Source of the DNA: a virus
Lineage: Duplodnaviria > Heunggongvirae > Uroviricota > Caudoviricetes
Virus record (IMG/VR): IMGVR_UViG_3300042940_001755
Direction: 5' to 3' (one strand)
Length of the DNA: 64,000 bases
Shown here in pieces: positions 52,020 through 61,800 of the stretch (its first letter is position 1; every line of letters starts with the position of its first letter). The notes beneath the pieces were generated by a model. That model saw only the letters and a list, made by a program, of their open reading frames with translations. It did not search any database and was not told the DNA's origin. The translations under genes were made by a program, and so were the position numbers.

Positions 52020-53371
52020 TAAAAGCCTCCAATATAAAGTCGGTTACCGCTAGACGTCTTAGGCGACGCCAGCGATGTTGTTGTTGTTCCTGCAAGTAGA
52101 GCATTCTTGATATCTGTCATTGTTGCAGCAGGATGATACGCTTTGTAAAGAGCTGCAGCTCCTGTGACATGAGGCGCCGCCATAGAAGTCCCGTTAAAGG
52201 ACATATATTTTGAGCTCCACTCACGAGTCGTTGGATCGAAAGAAGGGACGGAAGAGTTGATACTGACACCGGGTGCACCAAGTTCTACACAGTTACTTCC
52301 ATAATTACTAAAGGAAGCCAAGGCGCCTGCGCTGTCGATTGCTGCAACGCCTATGACGTTTGCTTGGGAGTAACATACAGGATACACCGGCGTTGAATTG
52401 AGATTTACCGTAGAGTTACCTGCAGAAGTTACGAACAGTATTCCTGCAGAATTTATAGCATCAATAGCTGACGACAACGCAGTAGACGGTGAAGTGCTAC
52501 CTCCCCACGATGCGTTGATCGCCACGATAGGGACGCTTTTGTAGTTCTTCATGTAGGCTGCATAATTCAAAGCTCTAGCAGCTGCATCTGTGTAGCAGGC
52601 GCCTTTCTCGCAGACCTTAAGCGTCATGATCTTCGCCGTCCAACAGATACCTGCAACACCGATTGAATTCCCTCCTCTCCCTGCAATCGTTCCCGCAACA
52701 TGAGAGCCGTGAGAATTTGCAGACTGCGTTACAGACGCTCCAGTAATGTCGCTAGAGTATCGTGGCACGTAGGCAGAGCCGTTCCATGTCAGCTCCATTC
52801 CTCCTGAGTCATATATCGAGGAGTTGTTGCCATCGAAGTCCCATCCGTAAAGATCGTCTTTGTAACCATTGGCATCATCGTCATAGGTGTTAAAGCTCTC
52901 TCCAGGATTGGACCAGATGTTATCGATTAAGTCCTCATGCAGATTATACGTACCTGTATCAGTGATACCTACGACTACGCTACTACAATCTGTTCTACCA
53001 TTCGCCCACGCCGAGCTAGCACCGCTGCCGTATGTGCCGAACATGCCCCACAAATATGAACTGTTGGCGTACGTATCATTTGCAGTGGCGTCTGTCTTGT
53101 AGATCTGGTTCTTCTCTACATACTTGACGCCAGACTTTTTAAGGAGTATTCGGGACAGTAGCTCCAAATTACTACCTCTAGGGAGAGTAACAGACATTGT
53201 ATCGCCATCGATCATCGTCTTCAACTCGCCTTTAACAGACTTGAGGATACCTTCTCTATCTGCTTCTTTATGAAAGCCGATGATAAGTGTGTCTCTTTGA
53301 AAGTCAGCCGAGACATCTGCCGAGAACAGTATCAACGTCAAGAATAAAAATCTAATCATAATCATAATCAT
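52019..53371 (-). CDS. Secreted subtilisin-family (peptidase S8) serine protease with signal peptide and I9-like propeptide
   Basis: Catalytic triad contexts VGITDTG (Asp), HGSHVAGTIAG (His), GTSMAAPHVTGAAAL (Ser). N-terminal MIRFLFLTLILFSADVSA signal. Confidence 0.8.
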   Translation of the reverse strand: MIMIMIRFLFLTLILFSADVSADFQRDTLIIGFHKEADREGILKSVKGELKTMIDGDTMSVTLPRGSNLELLSRILLKKSGVKYVEKNQIYKTDATANDTYANSSYLWGMFGTYGSGASSAWANGRTDCSSVVVGITDTGTYNLHEDLIDNIWSNPGESFNTYDDDANGYKDDLYGWDFDGNNSSIYDSGGMELTWNGSAYVPRYSSDITGASVTQSANSHGSHVAGTIAGRGGNSIGVAGICWTAKIMTLKVCEKGACYTDAAARALNYAAYMKNYKSVPIVAINASWGGSTSPSTALSSAIDAINSAGILFVTSAGNSTVNLNSTPVYPVCYSQANVIGVAAIDSAGALASFSNYGSNCVELGAPGVSINSSVPSFDPTTREWSSKYMSFNGTSMAAPHVTGAAALYKAYHPAATMTDIKNALLAGTTTTSLASPKTSSGNRLYIGGF

Positions 53372-55572
53372 ACCATTAAGTAAGAGACAGGAGTCCATTG
53401 AGGGTTCACGTAGCCTTCGCCGGATTGTGCGTACACAGTAAAGCCGCAGTAGTAGCCTGTGTAGCCTGTAAAGGTGAAAGAAGTAGAGGTGGTGTTGCCG
53501 CTTGTGATTTCAACCCAAGCTGCGCCGCTCCAGTACCATGCCTTCCAGAAGTAAGTGTATGTAGCACCAGCGTAAACGCTCGACCACGAGCAAGTCACAG
53601 TTGTACCTGATTTCGACACAGCTGAGCCAGCTACACTTGTAGGCATAGCGACCAAAGGTCCTAAAGCTGTCAGCTCCGCTTCCGTGTAGAGGTACGCAAA
53701 ATTAGAGTAGTAAGACCCTGCAGCTATAATGTTGTAGTCTTGAACAGCGATGTTGCCCTTAAAGCCAGGTGCGATATCTGTGGTCGGTGACGATACGCTC
53801 CTTGCAGCATTGTTATACGAAGTGACTGAGCTCCATGATCCATTTATTCGCATATATACTTGGCGCCCAGTAGCCGAAGCATGAGCTGCAATCGCACAGC
53901 CGCACGTGCCCCCAGAGTAGTACTTGCTGGACAATACAGGGTCTAGCATGACCGACCAAGCAGAATAGCTACTAGAGTTCAGACTGTAGGAGGTTCTCCA
54001 CGCGTTATCGAGATACACTTCTCTCGCTGACTGCACATACAACTTGATCAATACACCGTCGGCGCAGTCCACTCGATACGTTGCGGACTTAGCAAGGAAA
54101 CGACTAGAACCGATCACACCGTTAGTCTCCACCCAGACGATCATTGCGGTGGCAGCTGCAGGTAGCGATGTCGTGAACACCACATAAGACGTGAAATTCT
54201 CACTGAAGCCTACAGTCGGGTCTGCAAGATAGCAATACGAATACCATTGATAGTAATACTGTGACCACGCAGTTCCATTAGCTGTAACACGCTTAGAGGC
54301 TACCGCACATTTGATAATAGCTCCCGGCGTTACTGCTCCTCGGCCAGTGCCGAATCCCGCAGAGCTGTTTATTGTTTGAGGTGAATCAGCTACTCCGTCA
54401 ATACTCCAGATGAGCTCGACATCAGTCCGATAGGCGTCACCATCTATCCACATCTGCGCACCATTCGCCGTCGGTGAAATAGTCCCGGTAACGGCAGATA
54501 GGTATGTGAAAGTGGTATACGCCATATTGTACTTCGAGTAAGACTCACCATCAGGGATAGTACGGTACGCGTACCCTGTTACTTTGACTATTGTCCCCGG
54601 GTTAAGCGTCTTAGGAATGTTAAGCTCTGAGACAGTAGGTTGTTTGACTTGAGCTGCAGCCACACCGTCAATGGTGACAACATAGTAAAAGCCGGTCTGA
54701 TTGGCCACTGCGCCTAATGAAACCGTCACAGTAGTAGTCGTCCTATTGGACTCCCCGAACACGACGTCAGCTAGCCAACAAAAGCTCCATGTAGTCCACT
54801 CTCTGGAGTTAGGAATGTTTGTTAAAGTATCTGCGTAGTACCTTAGTACTTTAACTTCAGTCCCCGCTGGCACGCCCGAGAAGTCAACGTTGACTACTCC
54901 GTTAGCAGCCACGGCAACCCCTGTGTAGCTGGCGTCAAGCACTCCATCCACCCACTTTCGGTAGAAGACCTTATTGGCTTTATTGACATTATTCGTCAAA
55001 GTGAATCTGAAAGCAGAGGTGGTTCTTTGTGCCTCCACAACTACCGCATCACCGACCGGATCATCCAAGCAAGTATAGTAGTTCGTCATGTAGAAGTAAT
55101 TCATGGAGTTACCTCTGACGGAATAGAGTTTTACACAATACTGAGTAGCCGCTGCCAACAACCACGCGCTATTGGCGTCCATAATGTTTAGATTGAACGA
55201 CGTAGCAGGCGCGATATCGGCACCTCCAATATACACGCCCCAGTCTTTGGCGTAGAACAATATCTCGTAGTAATCGGCTGCAATATCTGTTGACACACCA
55301 GAGAAGGAAAAGCCATGCGGAAAATACGACCACATATTTGACGTCAATAATTCAGCAGGCCTAGTACATCCGTATAGTTCTCTCAAGGAAATAGGGGCGC
55401 CTGCGTAACCCGCTTCGTCCCCTCCTGCGTTTCCTGTTAGAGTTGCCGATAACGCCGCCAGCCTTCGAAGATTGTCTAGAGACACCTTCGTATTGGAAGC
55501 CACACCTCTTTCAGTGTTCACTGCAGATAATGATAACGAACCGTTAAAGGGCGTTGCGACTAATGTCATCAC
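53368..55572 (-). CDS. Large virion structural protein, likely tail fibre or receptor-binding (734 aa; T/S/Y/W-rich beta repeats)
   Basis: Composition and position between the tail-fibre gene and the protease; no catalytic motif recognised. Confidence 0.45.
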   Translation of the reverse strand: MMTLVATPFNGSLSLSAVNTERGVASNTKVSLDNLRRLAALSATLTGNAGGDEAGYAGAPISLRELYGCTRPAELLTSNMWSYFPHGFSFSGVSTDIAADYYEILFYAKDWGVYIGGADIAPATSFNLNIMDANSAWLLAAATQYCVKLYSVRGNSMNYFYMTNYYTCLDDPVGDAVVVEAQRTTSAFRFTLTNNVNKANKVFYRKWVDGVLDASYTGVAVAANGVVNVDFSGVPAGTEVKVLRYYADTLTNIPNSREWTTWSFCWLADVVFGESNRTTTTVTVSLGAVANQTGFYYVVTIDGVAAAQVKQPTVSELNIPKTLNPGTIVKVTGYAYRTIPDGESYSKYNMAYTTFTYLSAVTGTISPTANGAQMWIDGDAYRTDVELIWSIDGVADSPQTINSSAGFGTGRGAVTPGAIIKCAVASKRVTANGTAWSQYYYQWYSYCYLADPTVGFSENFTSYVVFTTSLPAAATAMIVWVETNGVIGSSRFLAKSATYRVDCADGVLIKLYVQSAREVYLDNAWRTSYSLNSSSYSAWSVMLDPVLSSKYYSGGTCGCAIAAHASATGRQVYMRINGSWSSVTSYNNAARSVSSPTTDIAPGFKGNIAVQDYNIIAAGSYYSNFAYLYTEAELTALGPLVAMPTSVAGSAVSKSGTTVTCSWSSVYAGATYTYFWKAWYWSGAAWVEITSGNTTSTSFTFTGYTGYYCGFTVYAQSGEGYVNPQWTPVSYLMV

Positions 55573-58500
55573 GTAACTCCTTTATAATCGATTTAAGATC
55601 GTCAATCTCGGTCTGTTGCGCCTTGAAGCCCTCTATGAGCAGCGGGATGAGCTTCTGATACGCCACTCGTAAATACCCATCATCTTGTTGATGCACAGCT
55701 TCTGGTAGCACTGCTGCAACTTCTTGGGCAATAACAGCAACATCCTCCTTCTTGAAATACTTAGCATTTTGAGTAGAGTAATACTCATCAGACCACGTCA
55801 CAGTATTCCCTGATAAGCGCAGTAGTTTACGAATCGGATCCCTTATCGGCTGCACATTTTCTTTCCAGCGAATATCAGAGCCGTCGTAGGCAGTGACGTT
55901 GCCAGAAGCAGTGATGTTCCCGTTCGCTGAGAGTGCATCTGTTCCGTTACATAAATCGACTGACTGAGCCGCTGTAGAGAAGTAAGCTCTACCGACGCCT
56001 TTAACGGAGTATCCCGGAGTAGCGATATAAGCAGAAGTGACCACGCCACTGACAGATAATGAAAAGTAACCGCCATAGGACTGGCCAGCTCCGGTTAGGT
56101 AAGAGAGTCCTAGGTCAGCGGTGGAGTTGATGGTACCAGCGGAGTTAGCACTATAGCTTGCGAATGACTTGCTGAGAGATACTACTGGCGCTGTGATGTC
56201 TACCTTACCGTTGATCCACGCTGTTCCTGTAGTGTTCGTAGAGCCATTGAAGCTAGCTGCAAAGCTTGCACTCCCTAGTATGGTAGAGTTGCCACCAAAC
56301 TCAAAGCTACCCGCGTAACGAGTTCCAGATGAGCTATAGTTTAGATACACTAGAGTATCTGAGCCAGCAGCAGTGTCCCTCTGAGAGCCATAGAAACTAG
56401 TATGAATGTTAGGCAGGCCAGTTACGCCAGCGCCGGTCCCATCCCATCCGAGTACAGCCGCCATCAAGGTGTTGTTACTAGGGTCCCTAGACCTATGCAC
56501 TAATCCGTACGTATGGCTGTTGCTGGCATAGGTAGCGTCAATAATCAGCTCATTGAAGAAACCTACTGTTGCTCTATTGGTCGCGTGCGTTGCACTCAGA
56601 GAATATGGGTTTGCGTAAAACACTGATTCAAAAGCAGTGCCGCTAGTGGTATCCCCTATGGCGGCCATTAGACCCCCGGAGTTGCGCACCCTAAATTCGT
56701 GGGAATCACCAGCCGTACCTAAAAGTGTCCAATAGCTTGTGCCCGGTGCCTGCGTGCTAGTAGATGTAACATTTCTATAAATACTTCCGCCATACTCTAC
56801 CGTCTGATCAACCAAATATGCAACGCCATACGCCCACGTGCCTCGTGTCCCTTTGTCCTTCTCATTGATTGTCAAGTAAGAGGAATTAGAAGAAGAAGAT
56901 GTTAAGCTGCCAGTATTTACCGCCCACGCATCGAGTGAGCCTACCTTCAATGTCGACAGGTAAGGAGTGGTCCACGTAATCGCGCTACTTCCTTCAGGTG
57001 ACGTTCCGTCGCACTGATACATTACGTTATTAGCACCTAGCGTAGGCGGTTGTTGGTACCAAGTCGCCATTGACGTGCCGGATACCGAAATAGAAGCTAT
57101 CGCATTCCCATTAGCTGGCGCGGCCGGCATAATAGCGGAGTTGTTCGCTACGTAGGCGTAAATACGGTAGTTACTGGCACCCTTAGGTCCTGCCTGCGTG
57201 CTCTGCGCACCTTGCTTAGACTTAGTGACAGTGCACGTCTTAGTAAGCGTTGCGTAATTAGTACGAGAAAAAGTCCAAGTCAACGTCTCTAGCGTAGCGC
57301 CCGCACTGAATAAGGAGATAGTCTGCGACGCACTTGACCAATTCTCTGTGGTATTCAAATTAGACGTATTAGACGAAGAGACTAGGCATGACCAGTTAGC
57401 TGTATCATCTGTGCCACCTTTGATGACTTTACCAACTATGTTCTTAGAAGCAGTCGCTAATGCGTTTAAGTCCACAGTACCATCACTGCTTGCAGGTATT
57501 ACAATAGACTCTTTGGAAAGGACAAGAGAGCAACCATCAGCGCCATTATCACCTCTAATGATTGTCCAGCTATAACTGGCAGGGCTCAGTGACTCTGTAG
57601 GCGAAGCTTGATTAGTCGCAATCCCGATATACTTATGTCCAGCAGGTGCGCCTGTTGTAAAATTGGTGCTTCCAGAAGCATCATCAGCATAAGCAACCCA
57701 AGTGTATACCGGATCCCCTTGGACCCCTCTTTCTCCTTTGATCAATACGCCAGCGGGGTTGTCCCAGTTGGTGCCGTCGGTGCTAGTAAGAGAGCGCATA
57801 TACAGAGCGCCAGTAAATGGCGTATCTGACCAAGATGTATTATCTGTACTGAACTGGAATTTATGACGTGCGTCGTTAGCAATCGCAGTAGGTGTAGACC
57901 ACACAGACTGCTGAGGAGATGCGCCATCGGATGTGAAGATTCTCGTAGATTGCCATAGCTTGCCTGTACCTGCTGTTACCCCGTCTGTCCAGCCGGCTGC
58001 TGTGGCATTTGGCGAGCTAAAAGAGCCCCCAGAAGGTGCACTCGGCTGGCTGACCGAACGAGTAAATGAAACGCCCTTCACCTGCCCCTGGCCTGGATCC
58101 CCCTTGACCGATAACCCCTGCTCTCCTTTGATCTTCACCGGAATGCTAGAATCTTGCCAAGTAACATTGTCCGAGGAAGTTTGCGACTTCATCCATTCAG
58201 CACCAGCCTGCGATGTCGAGTATGCGCCGTTCTCAGTCAGACTGAAGACAACGCGGACACCCTGCCCAACGACACCATTCTTAGATATCGCCTGCGGCGT
58301 AGACCACACAGACTGCTGAGGAGATGCACCATCAGACGTAAACATCCTCGAAGTCATATAGAGTTGGCTGTCCCCAGGCGGAATGCCGTCGGACCAGTAA
58401 ATACCAGCCACATTGCTGCCACCGACCTTCACCTGCCCAGACGCGTTAGGGGAGTTGAAGGTACCATCTGATGAAGAGGGCGCATCTGGCGCAGCTGTAT

Positions 58501-58876
58501 GCCGGGTAAAGCTGATAGCCTTGACAATCCCCTGGCCCTTGCGCACGAGGATAGACCACCCACTGACGATAGACGAGTAGTACTGGGCGGTGCCAGCGTC
58601 ACAAATGTAGGCATCGCCGCCATAAGTCACCATGTCGCCTTTACTGTACAAGCCAGCGACGAATGCGCCTTTGAACTCGTTGCGAGTAGCCTTGTCCGCA
58701 GGCCTGTTTGGGTCACTAGGGTTTATTGCACTCCAATCTACCAGCTGAGTCTCCCAGTCCGTCCCGGTCCACTCATACGTTACACCGTTTTTGAGAAGAG
58801 TACCTGTAGCGGGACAGGTTAAATCCATCCCGCTATTATTAACCCATCTCTCACCTGCAGAGATGAAATCTGTCAT
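55544..58876 (-). CDS. Tail fibre/tailspike with collagen-like G-x-x tracts, an internal duplicated segment and a C-terminal intramolecular chaperone (peptidase S74-like) domain
   Basis: KGDPGQGQVKG, KGERGVQGDP and RGDNGADG collagen-like triplets. Duplicated MFTSDGASPQQSVWSTP. C-terminal GSDIRWKENV..IAQEV..LPEAV..YQKLIPLLIEGFK resembles the autocleaving ICD of endosialidase and L-shaped fibres. Confidence 0.65.
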   Translation of the reverse strand: MTDFISAGERWVNNSGMDLTCPATGTLLKNGVTYEWTGTDWETQLVDWSAINPSDPNRPADKATRNEFKGAFVAGLYSKGDMVTYGGDAYICDAGTAQYYSSIVSGWSILVRKGQGIVKAISFTRHTAAPDAPSSSDGTFNSPNASGQVKVGGSNVAGIYWSDGIPPGDSQLYMTSRMFTSDGASPQQSVWSTPQAISKNGVVGQGVRVVFSLTENGAYSTSQAGAEWMKSQTSSDNVTWQDSSIPVKIKGEQGLSVKGDPGQGQVKGVSFTRSVSQPSAPSGGSFSSPNATAAGWTDGVTAGTGKLWQSTRIFTSDGASPQQSVWSTPTAIANDARHKFQFSTDNTSWSDTPFTGALYMRSLTSTDGTNWDNPAGVLIKGERGVQGDPVYTWVAYADDASGSTNFTTGAPAGHKYIGIATNQASPTESLSPASYSWTIIRGDNGADGCSLVLSKESIVIPASSDGTVDLNALATASKNIVGKVIKGGTDDTANWSCLVSSSNTSNLNTTENWSSASQTISLFSAGATLETLTWTFSRTNYATLTKTCTVTKSKQGAQSTQAGPKGASNYRIYAYVANNSAIMPAAPANGNAIASISVSGTSMATWYQQPPTLGANNVMYQCDGTSPEGSSAITWTTPYLSTLKVGSLDAWAVNTGSLTSSSSNSSYLTINEKDKGTRGTWAYGVAYLVDQTVEYGGSIYRNVTSTSTQAPGTSYWTLLGTAGDSHEFRVRNSGGLMAAIGDTTSGTAFESVFYANPYSLSATHATNRATVGFFNELIIDATYASNSHTYGLVHRSRDPSNNTLMAAVLGWDGTGAGVTGLPNIHTSFYGSQRDTAAGSDTLVYLNYSSSGTRYAGSFEFGGNSTILGSASFAASFNGSTNTTGTAWINGKVDITAPVVSLSKSFASYSANSAGTINSTADLGLSYLTGAGQSYGGYFSLSVSGVVTSAYIATPGYSVKGVGRAYFSTAAQSVDLCNGTDALSANGNITASGNVTAYDGSDIRWKENVQPIRDPIRKLLRLSGNTVTWSDEYYSTQNAKYFKKEDVAVIAQEVAAVLPEAVHQQDDGYLRVAYQKLIPLLIEGFKAQQTEIDDLKSIIKELRDDISRNAL
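55547..55879 (-). other. C-terminal intramolecular chaperone / autoproteolysis domain (predicted cleavage before Ser in GSDIRWKEN)
   Basis: S-D-x-x-x-K-E-N-(I/V) motif and downstream conserved helices. Confidence 0.5.
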
Positions 58877-58886
58877 TCATTTCTCC

Positions 58887-61800
58887 TTAAAATAATTCGG
58901 CAGGAAAAGGCACACCTACTTCTGATGCCTTTTTGACTACCGCCTTGAAGTTAGATAGATCTACCTGGTAGAAAGGCTTCGCTACTCCATTAGGAGCAGG
59001 ACTATACCACATAGTATTATCGGTTAGATTAAACACTCTACGAATAGAAGGATTGGCAACTAGATACGCCGCATCGGGAGTTGCTGTGACTACAGCTGCC
59101 TTCGCAAACGTAAACTTAGGAGACCACTTACCACTAGCCTCTGTCATGAAGACGCTCCACCCGTTACTGTCTCTGCACAAGACGCTACAATCAGCATAAC
59201 ACGTCAAAGAAGCTACAGCAGTCTTTGCAGCGGTCTTTGCAGCAGATTCAGTCGCGGCAGTAATGCTCACTATTCGAAACTTAACATAATCGGATGGAAT
59301 ACTTATTACTCTCCAGCTACTAGCGGCGGCATCCCATATTGCTCCGTGATTCCTCTGCACACCCTCTATCGTTGTTGTCGATGAATTGACCCATACATAA
59401 TGCGGAGAAGGCGGCGTTGGCGCTGTCGAAGACGTGCGTCGGATACTAGCGTTAGTAGCTAGCTCTCCAGTGATCAGCGCGGTGGCCTCGGCATCAGAGC
59501 ATTGAACAAATCCTGACACTGTTTTAATGTTGAGGCGCCAAGTTGTCGTATTAAGCCAGCGATCCGTTAAACTTGCATTAGCTGGCTGTGTTGCACTAGC
59601 GATCAAGACTGGCTTATATGGAGTACTCGTTAGAACAGCGGAAGTAACTGGCGCAGATACTAAATACGGTGTCGACGTGGACTGCAGCTTACCTCCTGTA
59701 CTCTCTGTCACAATAGGCTGAGTAGCGACTTTCGAGCTGGCAACGCTTATTGATCGCAGCGCCCGAAGCCAGACCTTGAATACTCTTCCTTTCGGAACGC
59801 TGCGAGTAGCGGAAGTGGCAGCACCGTCTAATAAGCCTGTCCAAATATCCGCTACAGACGCATTCTTCAGCTTAGCCTCAGATACTGCAGTCTTAATGTC
59901 AAGCGCCCAGTGCGTCACATCCGTCCGTGCGTCCCACGTTACCACTACATCAGTCATTCCGTCACCATCTACGTCACCCGTTTGCGTGACAGCGAACCCT
60001 GTCGGAACTTCGACATCAGACAAGTCATCATGATTATTGGTAGGTGATTGCGTGATTGGAGGATAGTAACTAACAGGCCCTACTACATAGTTTGAAGAGC
60101 GCACCTTAGTAACAACACCGGTTACGTTATGAAGGCTCTCCAGCTTCCTCACCGCAAAAGCGTAGAATCGGAGATAACCCTTATCTGGCGCATCTTTCAC
60201 AGCATGCTGTAGGTCTGTACCGGTTGTTATCGTCGCCAGCGGCTTGGTGCTCTCCATTATCGTCTTCGGGTCTACCGGTGTCTTATCTGTCTTCCCCGAC
60301 GCAGTAACCACACCTACATACAAGTCAACATTGTCGTCAGGTGTCTCACTGCGGCTATAATTATACTGTAGGTTAAACTGTTGTGTTGTCAAAGAGAGGA
60401 TATCTCCCGCCGAAGCGGACGTTAAAACGACAGTGCCTGGGTCTTGATTGGCAATGAAGTCCACCACAGTAGAATACTTGCTAGAGATGAGATATGCCTT
60501 CTTTTTCCGCCAGAATAGCGCCTCAGGCGGCAATCCGAACGGATCCACTTCGCGCACCATTATCGCTGTGAGGCTCAATCGGGTGAAAGCGTCTACAGCA
60601 GGTGTGATTGCCGATCCGCCTATTGGAAATTCAACGACGTTCGAGGTGGCGTTAAATACCTCAATATGATTAAACGTCTCTGGAGTATCTAAGTCAACAT
60701 CTTCATATACGACGCGAATAGTTACGCCCGCCGTATCATCTCCTGCATCCGCTACTGCTGATATCGTGAAAGGTGCTGTGGCTTTCTTAGTCAGCTTGCC
60801 TCTGGTGACGGAAACTGCAGTGGGCGTATTAATAATAGTGTTGTCAGTCCACATATGCGCATCCGAACTCGCAGAAGGGCTGAAGACCAGCGAGTTGACG
60901 AGATATGGGTCCTTCGCAGCGTCATAGACAACGGTACCTGTTACCCCACGCGTCCCCTCTAGCTTTCTTACGATAGCCATCCAGAATCTGAAATACCCAT
61001 GCTCTGTGTCGCATTTCAAGCGCTGAACATGGGTGCCCACTGTTTTATCAAACGCCGTGTAATTTTGAAGCATCACTTGGCCGTCTTGAAAAACCTCTAA
61101 CCGCTTGGCAGGTGAAGCATCCTCATCGTAATCAATAAGCCCTCCGATAATCTTGACATCCGCATCAGTATTATCTGCTGAAGAACTATAATGTAACTCA
61201 CCATATACTCTATTGTTCGAATACCAAGGAGTTACATTCGTTAGAGTGAAAGTACCAGTGCTTGTCTTTATCGCAAAGCTCTTAGTGATAGAATGCACAC
61301 CATCTGTTATATACCGTTCTTCTCTACCGGCCTTGTCAAACAAATGCCACCCTGCAGGGATAACTGCGTGTTGACTAATTTGTCGCGCAACCATCCAATA
61401 CACAGTCCAGTCTTCAAAGCTGTCCACTCCCTTTACAGAACACGCAAGAGTCGCTCCATTGGTCACTGTCAATTTACCCTCGACGGTTTTGAAAAGAGTC
61501 TCTTCAGTCAAGGCAGCATCCTCAGCAGGTCTCACTGCAATGTACAGCAAATCCCGATTCAGAAGATCTAAGCTGGAGGGCTTGACGCAAGATAGGGTCA
61601 GAGCCGCCTGGACTTTCTTAGGGAGCTTCAACACCTGAGTAAAATCTGTTGCAGTAAAAGGCAAGGCAGGTGGCAGTTCTACATTAAAGTCAATAGAGTG
61701 CGCGGCCTGTGCTAGGGTGTACGCCTGTTTACCTTCTCGAACGATCGTCGCAATACCGAATTCGTTCACAGCTCTAAATACAGCCACATATACATCCACT

